Of a stretch of DNA of 64,000 nucleotides, positions 1-12,524 are shown one piece after another. The position numbers were made by a program, and so were the translations under genes. This stretch comes from Azolla caroliniana. Taxonomy: Eukaryota; Plantae; Polypodiophyta. Under the pieces are notes generated by a model. That model saw only the letters and a program-made list of their open reading frames with translations. It did no database searches and was not told the DNA's origin. Location of the stretch: contig JBHGNT010000009.1 of the NCBI GenBank assembly GCA_043228905.1, positions 17,298,001 through 17,362,000 of the forward strand, read 5' to 3'. Each line of letters begins with the position of its first letter. The first letter of the stretch is position 1.

Positions 1-560
1 AACATGCACCTCCTCAAGACCACCACATATCCCTAGAATCGGCCAAGTAATGGCTAATTAAAGAGGAAAGTGGCATAGGTAAGTGACATATACCTCGTCA
101 AGGCCACATCATCCCTTAGAATCGGCCAATTGATGGCTAATTAAAAAGGAAAGTGGCATATGTAAGCTACATATACCTTGTCAAGGCCACAACATCCCAT
201 AGAATCGGCCAATTGATGGCTTAATAGAGAGTAGAGTGGCATAGGTAGGCAACATACACCTCGTCAAGGCCACATCATCCCTTAGAATCGGCCAAGTGAT
301 GGCTCAATAGAGGGGAAGAGTGGTATACTCAACATCATATGCAAAACGGCCATGAGATAAGCGTGTGCGATTAGAGCAAACACGCTCGACCCAATGCACA
401 AGAATAATTATTATCGTAAGAGTTCAAGAGAGGAGAGAGTGGGATATATATCGCAATATGCAAAAGGCCATGAGTTGAGCGTGTGCGATTAGTGCAAACA
501 CGCTCGGCCCGATGCATAATAATAAGTAAAATCGTAGCATAGTAGGAGGTAGAAAGAAAG
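1..560. repeat. Tandem repeats inside the LTR element: ~4 x ~82 bp, then 2 x ~120 bp
   Basis: Recurrent 'tcaaggccacatcatcccttagaatcggccaa' at ~82-bp spacing. 'gcgtgtgcgattag.gcaaacacgctcg' occurs at ~361 and ~479. Confidence 0.8.
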
Positions 561-1235
561 AGAATAAAACGTAATACCAATTTGATTCGACCATAAAGAA
601 CGCATAATAGAAAAAGAGAAGAGATCAAAAAAGAAGAATACCGGGTTTAGAGTGTTGTTTTGATCCTGAGAAGAGCATGACGAGCCTTGTTAGATCCCCC
701 TCGCTCACACGCAAAAAACATCAAAACAACAAAAAAATTGTTAGTAAAAGCTCTGATACCACTGTTAAGAGTCTATTACTAATCAATAGACCAAATCAAG
801 TAAAAAGGAAGAAAATAGATTGGATAGAAGAACCCGTTCCACCCGACCACCCCCGAGCTATGATCTAGACATAGCCAACCTACCACGGACGTCCCATACC
901 GTCGGATATTAGGATGACTAATACCTTGGAAGAGATAAACACGATCGTCGAGACGAAAGCCTAGCCCGCACCACCGGTGTCTACGACAGCAGCCTTCCGA
1001 CGTGATTCCCCTATGAGGGTAGCTAAGCCTCATATTTATACCTTTTCCTAGGCCCCTTGAATAGATGTGCCTTTCTAAAAGGCTCTCTATTCATTGGTTG
1101 TCTAAATCATGATAGTGCATGCACATATCATTCATTCTATCCAATCATTAGTCCCCTTTTTAATAATAGTGAACATACCCTTCACTAATGTAAATATTAG
1201 TGACCTACCCTCACCAACGTTATGTGTACATAACA
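1..1235 (-). mobile_element. LTR retroelement (5' LTR 763-1235, tRNA-iMet PBS 750-761, repeat-rich non-coding leader), inserted into the integrase region of a copia element and continuing off the left edge
   Basis: TGTTA...TAACA termini at 763 and 1235. gctctgatacca at 750-761 is the reverse complement of the PBS TGGTATCAGAGC. Host copia sequence resumes at 1236 (cttcgtgacgttcatag, as at ~47981 in the intact copy). Confidence 0.85.
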
Positions 1236-4200
1236 CTTCGTGACGTTCATAGACAACCACAGCCAGAAGTTGTGGGCCACACCGCTGAAGACGAAGGATC
1301 AAGTGTTATCCGTCTTCAAGGAGCTCCACGCGAGAGTGGAAAGAGAAACCGACCGGAAGCTGAAGGCGGTTCGAGCAAATAACGGAGGAGAATATCCAGG
1401 GCAGTTCGAGGAGTATTGCTGCTCGAAGGGAGTTCGGCTCAAATTTACCGTGCCGAAGACGCCGGAACTCAATGGGCTAGCCGAGAGGATGAACTGGACC
1501 ATAATGGAGAGGGTCCGGAGTATGCTAGCACATGCAAAGTTACCCAAGACGTTTTGGGTTGAGGCGTTGGCGACAACGACGTACGTGATAAACAGATCAC
1601 CCTCAGTGCCCTTGGACGGAGACACGCCACAGAGAGTGTGGACCAGTAAGGAAGTGCCTTACCGGCATTTGAAGGTGTTCGAGTGTCTCGCTTACGTGCA
1701 TGTTGCAAAGGACCGGAGAGCAAAGTTGGATCCCAAGTCCCGGCCTTGCATATTCCTCGGATATGGCGATGGTGAGTTCAACTACCAAGTGTGGGATTTG
1801 GTCGACAAGAAGGTTTTTCGGAGTCGAGATATTATCTTCATGGAGGACAATGCCCTTGCTGACTAGGAGTCGGAGAAGAAGATGATGAACTCCGAGTCGA
1901 CCGGTAAGGATCGGTTCGATGAGGTACGGACCTACCCGGCTAAGAGCCGGTTGACACTTGAAGAACCGGCCGGTTACGGAGAGGAAACCGAACCGACCAA
2001 AGAAGAAGAAGAAGCAGAAATCGGAACCGGCCAAGACCTCAAATCGGATTCGGATGAAGAACAAACAGAGGAGCCGGTTGCCGAAAGCCAAGGACGCAAA
2101 TATCCTCTTAGAGAGAGAAGACCCCCCCGGAGATTTCCAGATGTAGAGCACGTTTTGCTAACTGATGAGGGGGAGCCGGAAGGCTTCGAAGAAGCAAAGG
2201 AGGACACCCAAAGCCGCAAGTGGTTGAGTGCCATGCAGGACGAGATGGATTCCCTGCATGAGAACCACGCGTATGAACTGGTGGAGTTTCCGAAAGGAAA
2301 ACGGGAACTCCGGAATAAGTGGGTGTACAAGTTGAAACCGGGAGATGCCGGCAACCCCCCAAGGTACAAAGCCAGGATCGTGGTGAAGGTGTTCCAACAG
2401 AAGAAGGGAGTGGACTTCGACGAGATATTTTCCCCGGTAGTGAAGATGACTTCCATCTAGACGGTGTTGAGTATAGCAGCAAGCATGGACCTCGAGGTAG
2501 AACAACTAGACGTGAAGACGACGTTCCTTCACGGCGACCTCGAAGAAGAGATCTACATGTAGCAACCGGAAGGATTTGTGAAGAAAGGGAAAGAGCACCT
2601 GGTGTGCCGGTTGAAGAAGAGCTTATACGGACTGAAGCAACCTCCCCGACAATGGTACCGTAAGTTTGACTCCTTCGTGACCGATCAAGGGTACCACAAG
2701 ACGCAGGCCGATCTCTGCGTATTTGTGAAGAAATTCGACGGAGGAGACTTCCTGATATTGCTCCTATATGTGGACGACATGTTGATCGTCGGACAGGACC
2801 AAGCAAAGATTCGGATGCTGAAGAAGGCCCTTGACCGAACCTTCTCAATGAAAGACTTGGGTCCGGCAAGACAAATATTGGGGATGCATATCATCCGGGA
2901 CCGGTCAAAGAAGCAATTGTGGTTGTCACAGGAGAAGTATGTGACAAAGGTGCTTCAGCGGTTCAACATGTCAAATGCGAAACCGGTCGGATCGACACTC
3001 CCGGCAAATTGCAGGTTATCCGGTAAGCAAAGCCCGAAGACGAAGGCAAAGAAGGCGGATATGATGAAGATACCATATGCCTTTGCCGTCAGGAGTTTAA
3101 TGTACGCAATAGTGTGTACCCGACCAGATATCGGATACGCAATCGGAGTGGTGAGCCGGTTTATGAGTAATCCCAACAACGAGCACTAGAATGCGATAAA
3201 ATGGATACTCTGGTACTTGAAAGGCACCTCAAGTATGTACCTCCAATTCGGCTCCATAAACCCCAACTTGGCGGTTTCACAGATTCAGATATGTTGGCTG
3301 ATGCGGATACCAGCCGGTCAACATCCGGATATGTCATGACATATGCAGGGGGGACCGTTTCGTGGCAGTCGAGGTTGCAGAAGACGGTTGCATTGTCAAC
3401 CACGGAAGCGGAGTACATGGCAGTTGTGGAAGCCGACAAGGAAATATAATGGATGAAGGACTTCATCGGAGAGCTAGGGATCCAGCAAGAGGAATACCAA
3501 CTCTACTGTGACAGTCAAAGTGTCATCCACCTTGCAAAGAATGTTGCCTATAATTCCAGAACAAAGCACATCCAGCGCAGGTACCACTGGATCCAGGAGC
3601 GAGTAGAAGATCGGGAGTTCGTGTTGACGAAAATCCACACAAAGGAGAACGGGTCAGATATGCTAACCAAAGTGCTGACACCCGACAAGTTGGACGCATC
3701 CTGGAAGCGGATCGGACTGACGAAGCATCCCATATCGGAGTGAAGGGGGAGTTTGTTAGGATTTCGGTCCCTCCGGATGGGATATGAGTACCTGGCACGG
3801 AAGACCCTGTGAGAACCGGTGATGAGTACCCAACAAGGAAGACCCGGTGAGAATCGGATGATGCAAGCTCGATGAGAACCTCTCACCAGATGAAGGGACA
3901 TATAGGTAAATATGTTTTTGAGAGCCCATGGGAGCTATATTTGTAAATAGTCCTAATGTCATATTAGTATAAATATGACCTAGGGCAAACACTTATGTGT
4001 ATCATGTAGTTGGTTATTCTTGTGTTGTTGTTGTAACTATTGTACAGACAGTGAGAGAGAGAGAGCGATACAAAGTGTGTCTCTATTGTAACAGTCGTCA
4101 TGCAAAGATTGAGAGCAAGAGGTCGTTGCCTCTGTGTTCCTCCGTTGTATTCTCTTTACATAGTGATAGTTGGAGTTTGTGGACTCCCGTGATTTTTCCC

Positions 4201-4368
4201 ATTTAGGGTTTTTCCACATAAACATATATTGTGTACCCTCTCTCCTATTGTTTGTGTGTATGTGCATTTACCTTCATTGCCCATCCTTCTGTGTTTGTAA
4301 TTCTCAACAAAGTGATTGAAGTCTCGGTTGTGGCCGAGATATATTCCGCACACGCATATTTCGCTCCA
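1236..4368 (+). mobile_element. Ty1/copia LTR retrotransposon, 3' part (degenerate INT-RT-RNaseH, PPT 3742-3751, 3' LTR 3754-~4368); same family as 45783-51190
   Basis: Integrase (NGLAERMNWTIME), RT (SLYGLKQ, LYVDDML) and RNaseH (TKHIQRRYHW) in copia order. Several stops and a frameshift near 3200. PPT gaagggggag is followed by tgttagg. The LTR end is approximate. Confidence 0.93.
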
Positions 4369-4859
4369 GTTTTCTGGGGGTCTTTGGATGTGCAGGTATC
4401 TTTGTACAAGGCGGACCAATGCATGGAAGCATTATGTGTGTTGGAGAATACAACTGAACCAGCTCTTCCTAACATTCTTGGTGGTAAATGTTTTAGAAAT
4501 TCTTTTGTTTGGAATATTGTTTCATTTAATGTTTTATAGGTGTGTGGAAATGTCGTTGCAACAATAAATATGAAGGCATCGAGTACAATATGGTCGATAT
4601 CATTAAGATGTTGTGGGACAACTTGGTGCACACATTTAAGGGAGAGTTTGATAGTAAAGGAACACCGGAAAATGTGCATAAGAAAAGACAAAAAATTCGT
4701 AAAATATGGTGGTCAAAACCTCTCTAGTTGGATGAGTCACATGAAGATCGTTGAAATTATGTTCCACCACGTTGGCTATTCTCTCCGCCTAGTCCTTTCT
4801 TATTTCAAACATAATTGTGAGGTATATAGTTTCTTCTTTCCTCTTTATCTTACACATTG

Positions 4860-5760
4860 ACAAGAAGGACAGAAAAGAGGTGGATGGGATTGGGGCAATC
4901 CCGTGGACTGACAAGGGTGAGATGGTGGATGTGGAAAATGAAGCATCTTCTAATTTTGGATAAGGGTACACGATTTTGGTGGTAAATCAACGAGAATGAG
5001 ATGGGTGGTGTGGATTAATGAAGCACAATTCATGTTTTTGATAGGGATGAGTGTTGGTGGTGTGGGGGTTGAAGCATAGTCTCTTTAGAAGACTAGACTC
5101 ATTTAGTTATTTGTATGTACAGGATTTTGGCGCTAATCAGCAAGAAGTTTGATCTGGACTTGAAGAAACAAAATGCATGTTTTTGATAAGGATGAGTGTT
5201 GCTGGTGTGGGGAATCATAGTCTATTTTAGAAGACTATACTCATTTAGTTGTTTGTATGTATAGGTTTTGGCAGTAATCGGCGAGAATTTTGATGTGGAC
5301 TTGATGAAGCATATGTATGTTTTTGGATAAGGATGAGTGATGGGTGTGTGGGGGGCGAAGCATACTTTCATGAGGGGATGAGGAAACAAGACTCATTGTA
5401 TTGTTGTATGTGCAAGATTTTGGTAGTATTCAGCGAGATGGATGATGTGGACTTAAGGAAGTAGAATTTATGTTTTGGATAAGGATGAGTGATGTTGGTG
5501 TGGAGGTTGACGCATATTCTCATGAGGAGATGAGAACTTTAGACGCATTTTATTGTTTAAGTGCGAGAATTTGGTGGTATTCGGCAAGATGGTTGATGAG
5601 GACTTAACGAAGCAGTTTTTATGTTTTTGATAAGGACGAGTGATGATGATGTGGGGGCTGAAGAATAAACTCATGAGGAGAGGAGGAAACTTGACTTAAT
5701 TTGTTGTGTATGTACATGAATTTGGTGTAATCCGGCAAGATGGTTGATGTGGAAAGAGGA
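4860..5760. repeat. Degenerate tandem array, ~140-150 bp period, about 6 units
   Basis: The anchor 'atgttttt(g)gataaggatgagtg' recurs at about 5032, 5177, 5318, 5470 and 5621. Confidence 0.75.
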
Positions 5761-6147
5761 AGCATAGTTGTTGACTTTACGGTCACGAATGTGAATAGTG
5801 GTTCTCTTGGAAAACCAAACAAAGTAGTTGATCTTCTTCAACTTCGAGATGTACAAGTTGAAGAAGTATTGAATGGCTAATAATTATGACCTAAGAGAGC
5901 TTCTTTCTGAACATAGCTACTTTTGTTGTTGTCTATGGATATGGATACCTTGCAATGTGTCTAAGGAATATATTGTAATTACTAGAGTGTTTTCTTTATG
6001 TTGGAGTACATAGATTTGTTTCCTCATCCATTATCTTACACAAGTCGGGCTTGGAAAAAATACTTTCTTTGTGGAACCGTTATGGCCTTTCTATATAACT
6101 AATGGAAGGATATTTTGTTTTGGAAAAGATTAAGGAAAACTATGGAA

Positions 6148-6431
6148 AACCTATCTCATGATTAGTTATGGTTATGCACGTAACAATAATATTGACCTCA
6201 TGCACTTTAACAAGAAGTATGTTGTGAATACAAAGTCAACTTGGATGTAGTGCCCTTATATGTGACATATGAGAGTTGGCTATGTGAGTAAGAAGTTGTT
6301 AAACCTATCTCATGATCAGCTATGGTTATGCACGTAACAATAATATTGACCGTATGCACTTTAACAAGGAGTATGTTGTGAATACAAAGTCAACTTGGAC
6401 GTAGTGCCCTTATATGTGACATATGAGAGTT
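6148..6431. repeat. Two-copy direct duplication, 153-bp period
   Basis: 'aaacctatctcatgat...gtgacatatgagagttg' starts at 6148 and 6301. Confidence 0.9.
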
Positions 6432-8599
6432 GCCCTTATATATAAATGTGCTTTGCAATATGTACATACTAAGTTTGTGTTTACAACTCTCACAAAATGG
6501 GTTTGACATTGCGTTCATTGTGACATCCCCTCATCATCTTAGTTTGGAATTGTTCACACCTATTGCTGTGACTAAAGCATTTCGTTTGAAATTAAGGCAC
6601 ATTCGCAATTTAGTCGAAAGAAAATTTGCTTTACAAAATGGATGTTGGCATTGTCCCCACAATTCAAAGGTGTGACAACCATATGAATATTTGGGAATTT
6701 CATTCTTACCTAGTCTGGTATCTTTCCTTTGGAGGACTTCCTTAGATATCTCCTCTTCAAATGAAGTTAAAGATGTGTTGGGCAACCTATTTGTGTTTGG
6801 TAGTGAATCTCCACTAATTAGAGATGTAAATGCTTCTTTGTTCTCCTTAACTCGTGTTCAATAGGAGCAAACCTCTCCAAGATCTTATCATGTGCTAATT
6901 TCTGTTTCTCAATTACGACTTCTATTTCGCCAATCATAGCTTTTGATATTGTCCTATTTCAAAATTGGATTGCCAAAGTTCTATCTCCTTCTACTAGGTT
7001 TTTTTATTGTTCATGTTCTAGTATGGTAGCATCTATTCTCATGTTATCATGCTAATTAAGTATGGTAAGAGAGGAGGTACTTACCATGTTTAATTGGCTA
7101 ACATGGTAATCTTCATTTACGTCTAAATTTCCTTCTACCCATGGGGTCAACCAACATTCATACATCTTGTTTCACTTAATTGACCTTTCACTAATGGATA
7201 AGAATCATTTAAGGTTGTTTTCAGTTTTTAGGATAGGTTTGAATAAAAAAACGTCCCCCCAAGGTGTTTTCCCTTTCTACATTTTTTTTGTTCAAAAAAA
7301 TCTCATTCCTTGTCAAGAAATGATTTCTCATACAAACCTCCTTTTCTCGTCTAAAAATGACTTCTTGTCTACAATTTTTGAATTTTGGTCGGGAAATCAT
7401 TTCTTATCCAAAAATCCTTTTCTTGTTTGGGGAGCATTTCTCATCTAAAAATTTTCACTTTGAGTAGAGAAATGATTTCTTTTTCTAGTCAAAAATTCGA
7501 CTTTGATCAAGCATTGATTTCTTGTCCAAAAATCTCTCTCATCAAGAAATGAACTCTCATCTGAAAAATTTCATTTCAAAATTAGACTTAAACAAGTTGG
7601 CTAGGGGAATCCTTAAGTTATTTATGCCTCTTGCAATACCTCTTGTCCTTGATAAGTGGGCAAAAGCAATTAACTTAAATGAAGAGAAAAGTTCAAAAGA
7701 GAAAGGAAGTGATCAGTTACTACTTCAACTTGTTTTCAGCAACACATGACCACAAAGGTCAAATGGTCTTGTTTTCTTGAGGAAAAACGTCCATCTTACT
7801 TGAGTAGTTTACAGAAAGGTATATGCAAAGAGAGAATAGATGACAAAGAAATATGCACAAATTTGTGATGAGTGCTTTATACGAAGATTACTCATGAACT
7901 CTTCGCGTGAAACCAATCACACGAATAAAGTTCGTGAAGATGGTGTTGCCAAGAAATGCTTGTGCATGTGAATGTCAAATAGGACTAGTAGGGATATGAA
8001 CTAGGGAGGATGTCATTATCATTGGAGGGTTGTGTGAGATGATACCTTTAATGAAATTCTTCCTTTCATATTTCTTTATCTAAATTCCGTTCACGTAAAT
8101 GCCTTCACATAAAAGCAATAAGAGATTCTGGTGGTAGGGCACTATTTTAGTTGTTTCAAAGATTTTCTTCAATAGAATTAAGAAAAAACGTCTGAAGGGT
8201 ATAACTTGAACTAGTATGCCTAGAAGCTTACAACTTTTTATGTACAATGATGTACAATAATCCTAAGACCAAAGATAGGACTTTGTAAAAGGTGTTGGAA
8301 TTTGCTCATGTACAATGCCATGATTTACTGATATTCAAGAAAGGGTCCATAGAAGTTGATAGTGCCATTGAGGCCCTTGAGTTGACTATGTAAACAGGGG
8401 CAACTTTTTCCATAAATGAAGAAGCTTCTTCCTTCTCTTGTTCACAGTCTTTGGGGAATCATGCATATTGTCATACTAGCCATGGACTACTGCCAACAAG
8501 TTCTCCCTTATCTCAAGTAGGAAGGTTGTAGAAAATAAAGAATATGTTACTGATATGCTAGCAATCATTATCTTGGCACCATGAATACATTGTAAATGT

Positions 8600-9520
8600 G
8601 CAAGATGATCTTCTTGTGGCATTTGCTGAAATTGAGTCCAAGTTCTTACAGATGTAGTTGGCCATTATCCAATTTACCCTAGGCAAGGCGAGTTCTTAGG
8701 CCCAACACTTTTCCTACATTATCCCAAAATAGAGAATTGGCAAGAAGACGTTGATTAAGTAATACATCCCACGTAGAAGGCTTGTCCTTAAGCAAGAATG
8801 ACTTAATTACATCCCATGCCCTTAAGATTCCTAGCAAAAATCTATTGGATGTAAAATCCCGCCTTGGCGTTTGCACATCATTCAAGAACAACCACTTTAA
8901 AGAGGGGAACCAAACTCCTCCCGTCTTAGGACTTAACTGCATTAACTGATTTTGAAACATTCCTTTCCAAGCTTCTAATCTTGGCAGCAATCCTCTAATC
9001 ACAAACTTAGTCAAGAGGGCTCTTGACTGCGTCAAAACCCAACCCTCCATGGCTTTTAGGTTGAATCAACACATTCCAAGCAACTTTGGTTACTGTTGGA
9101 GATCCATGTTTCCCCGGAGAGAAAATTACCAATGAAGCTTTGCACTTTCATTATTGTAGATCTAGAAAATAGCCAAATAGATGTTATAAACCACATTGAA
9201 GCCAACAATACTGAGTTTGCTACTACAACCTGACCTGCAAAGGACAATTGTTGGGCATCCCGATATAGTAGTTTACGTTTTATTGATAATAGTAACGGAG
9301 ATAGCATTGCTTCTTGCCTCAATTCTATACCAACCATACATCCCAAATATCAAGTTGGTTCACCATAGTGAAGCCATCGGAAAGAAGGACCTGGATACTA
9401 CGTAGGGTGAGTTTCTTCACCCACCCAAAGGCTGACTGACTTATTCCAGTTAACTGATGCACCTATGGCATCTGAGAAAAACCGCAAAGCATCTTGTACT
9501 CGGCTAAGATTACCAATTTC
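8600..9520 (-). mobile_element. Degenerate L1-type LINE ORF2 fragment (region just C-terminal to RT)
   Basis: Minus-strand peptides 'F..AIGASVNWNKS', 'LSFAGQVVVANSVLLASMWF' and 'TQSRALLTKFVIRGLLP' resemble the LINE at 55440-55980. Confidence 0.8.
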
Positions 9521-9594
9521 CCTATCAACTTTGGTGGTAGGGCACTTGTGCGGGCCATATGGGTGGAAGCCTACCCCAGTGAAGGTACATGTCA

Positions 9595-9960
9595 TCAAAG
9601 AGATTAAGGAGGTTTGCAAATCACAAACAAAAGTGACGTAGTTTTTATGTGCTTGTGCATTCTACCACAATTTGGATTCCCCATTATGCTCACATAACTA
9701 AGGCATAATATGGGCTAACTAAAGAAGAGGTGGAAGTTCAAGTGGGAAAATAGCACACAGTGGCGATGAGAAGAGTAAAGACGATGTTATTACTAGCGCT
9801 AACTTTACATCCATGAACAAAGAAGGGATGCATATTTGTGTGACCATCAATACAAGTTCAATTGAAATTGGGCAGTGCATCAATCAATAGAGAAAAGACA
9901 AGAGCCGATATGCGGTAAGATTTTGGGGCCAAGGCGTTTAGCGAGAGACAACGAAAATTA
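9595..9960 (+). mobile_element. Ty3/gypsy RT/RNaseH relic
   Basis: Degenerate 'V..FL.ACAFYH.WIPHYAH' type motif read across frameshifts. Confidence 0.55.
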
Positions 9961-12524
9961 AGGAGGGGGGGGGATTTGATTTCATTGTGTATGCTTCTCA
10001 ATTGGGATTTTGATGCCCTTTTCTCCCATCAAAAGTGACACATCTATTGTGCACTATTAAATTGGGAGCTCCAAAGGAGAGAACATTTTTTTCCTCGTGT
10101 GCACCTGCCATTGGCTTGTTTAGACTTCATATGGACCAACCTATTGACAAGATAGTTTCTAGGGACTACTAAGTTGATGATTGAGACAACTATCAACACC
10201 AACAAGTAGTTGCCTTCTTCAATTTTCTTTAGAAACATTGTTGGTGGTGGTTGAATATGCTCTTGTTGTGGTGGTGTTGTTGGGTGGTAAATTTGACACC
10301 GATTGGTTGGCTTTCTTGTTAATGAAATTGTACTACTAGTAACATGTTTCTTCCATCTATGGTATGGTTTTCCAAGTTGGAATTGAATGCTTGATAGGCA
10401 TCACTAGTTTTTGTTCCATTATGAGCTCATAGTTGATCAAATTGTAATACTAGTAAAACGTTCATTTCTTCCACCCATTGTATGGTTTTCTAAGTTGAAA
10501 TTGAATGCTTGATAGGCATCACTAGTTTTTGTTTCATTATGAGCTCATCATGTTCATAAAAACCCAATCACTATGTTTTGAGTCATCTAATCCACCCACA
10601 ACATATATAGGAGCAATTGAAACCAATTATCTATTTCTCATCGCATGCCTTCACCTATTCTTTGAAGATCAAGTTGTGACCCATTTCTATCTTCCTATTG
10701 GATTTTGGGTTATTTCTTTCATATAGACCCTTTGTTGAATAAGAATCATCCTATCCATTATCTTATTGTCTTTGATCCCTTCTTTTCTTTGATTTACTTC
10801 TTACTTGGATTTGAGACGGGTAGTTCTTTGTGCTTAGGGTTTCCTTTCTATCCAAACAAAAACCCAAAAAACAACTAAAAGAACCCCTTCCAAAATCTTA
10901 AGTTAAGATTTCTATAGAAAGAGGGAAATGCTTACTTGAGGGTGGCCCTCATAAAACAACTCCTCCCACCTACCTTCCTCTTTCAAAATGGCCTATCTTA
11001 CTACCAAAGGATTGCTTGAAGAAGCTAGCGTCTAAATTTTGACTTTGTCCAAATACATTATTATTCCAAGCCATTCATATAGTCCAAAGTACCAAAAAAC
11101 TTATACATTGGAGGAAATTGCTTCACAAACTTTACTCTACTAACCTATCGTACTTTAAATGATTGATAAGTATTGTAAGGCTAAATTTTAATATTCCCAA
11201 AAGAATCTTCTTACTATTAACATCATAGTTACTACTAACCTATCATCTAGTTTTAGTGACTTATATGTCCTATTTATTTAGAGTTATATGTCCCTTTAAT
11301 AAACGGCTAACACCTAGCATGCTCTTGGGACAATGTTTTTTGCCACTATCTTTCAGAGATGTATCTCTCTTGTACTCTCGTACTTTCTCTCTTTGGTTCT
11401 TCCTTCTTCACCATCACCATCACCATCACTATCACCATCATCATCATTCTTCTCTTTCATCATCAAAATCTACTTCATTCATGTTTCCCCTTGTGCTTCC
11501 TCCATCAATGTCATGCTTCTCCTTTTTCTTCATCTCCTCTTGCTATTGACCCATTTACATGGATTCCTTCCTTCCTCCCTCCTTAATCCTTTAATATTGC
11601 GCCAATTAGTTTGGGATGGAGAGCTGGAGTTAATGATAGGAATGGGTCAGTGAGGTTAGTGAGTTAGGTTTGGGTTTGCAAAGGTCACTGGGGGGGAAAG
11701 TTAGTGATCAATGAGGAGAAGAATTTACAGTTAGCATTTGTGGGGGTCAACCAAGTGGGGAAGTTAGCTATTCAACCAAACAATATTAGGGTTTTAAGCT
11801 ATGTTTCAACTGGATTCTTGAACTCAACACAATAAATATCAGATGTCTCTTCCTGTATATAATTGATTTAAACTATGACTTGGAAGTTACTGTAAGCATT
11901 TCATGAACATTTGGTAATTGGATCAATAAACACACAGACAGTTTGACTAGGATAATTGAAATGGAAGATTTTGGTTCTTCCTGCTCTAAACTTTTGATCC
12001 TTTTATCTATCATCTTTAGAATAATAGTGAAGACTCAATGCATAATAAAAACGTTGTCACTGAGCTTGAGGCGATAAAAAAACAAAGTCACTTCAGGAGT
12101 CTCTATTCAGTCATATGGAAAACATGCACTTCAGAAGAAGTGCTCAGACTATAATCTGGAGCGAAATAGAAAAAATAATATTTTGAGATACCTTTGGTAT
12201 AAAAGAATTGACTGAAGTCTGACATATCTGCAAATTTATGTTACATGGGGGCAGTGTAGCAAACAAGGTCTGAGGCTCGAAAATGGACTAATTATGACTC
12301 GCAGGAAGCAATTTTAATATGTTTTCAATCATATTCAACTATGTTACTTTCACTACCAACTTATTAGCTACACACATACACATACTTCGAAAGATAGATA
12401 GATAGAAACTAATGCTGAATAATGCATGGTAGTAAACAGAACAATTTGCAAATAACCAAAAAACTGGAAAACCAAATGAATCACATAGATTTTGGGTATG
12501 ATTTAAAAAATCAAGTCTTATCAT

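Noticed and set aside
1299-2869. Long antisense ORFs over copia pol (also 48044-50215)
   Set aside because: These are shadow ORFs of GC-rich coding sequence.
11256-11653. His-rich and Ser-Pro-rich ORFs
   Set aside because: They are translations of a (CACCAT)n microsatellite region.
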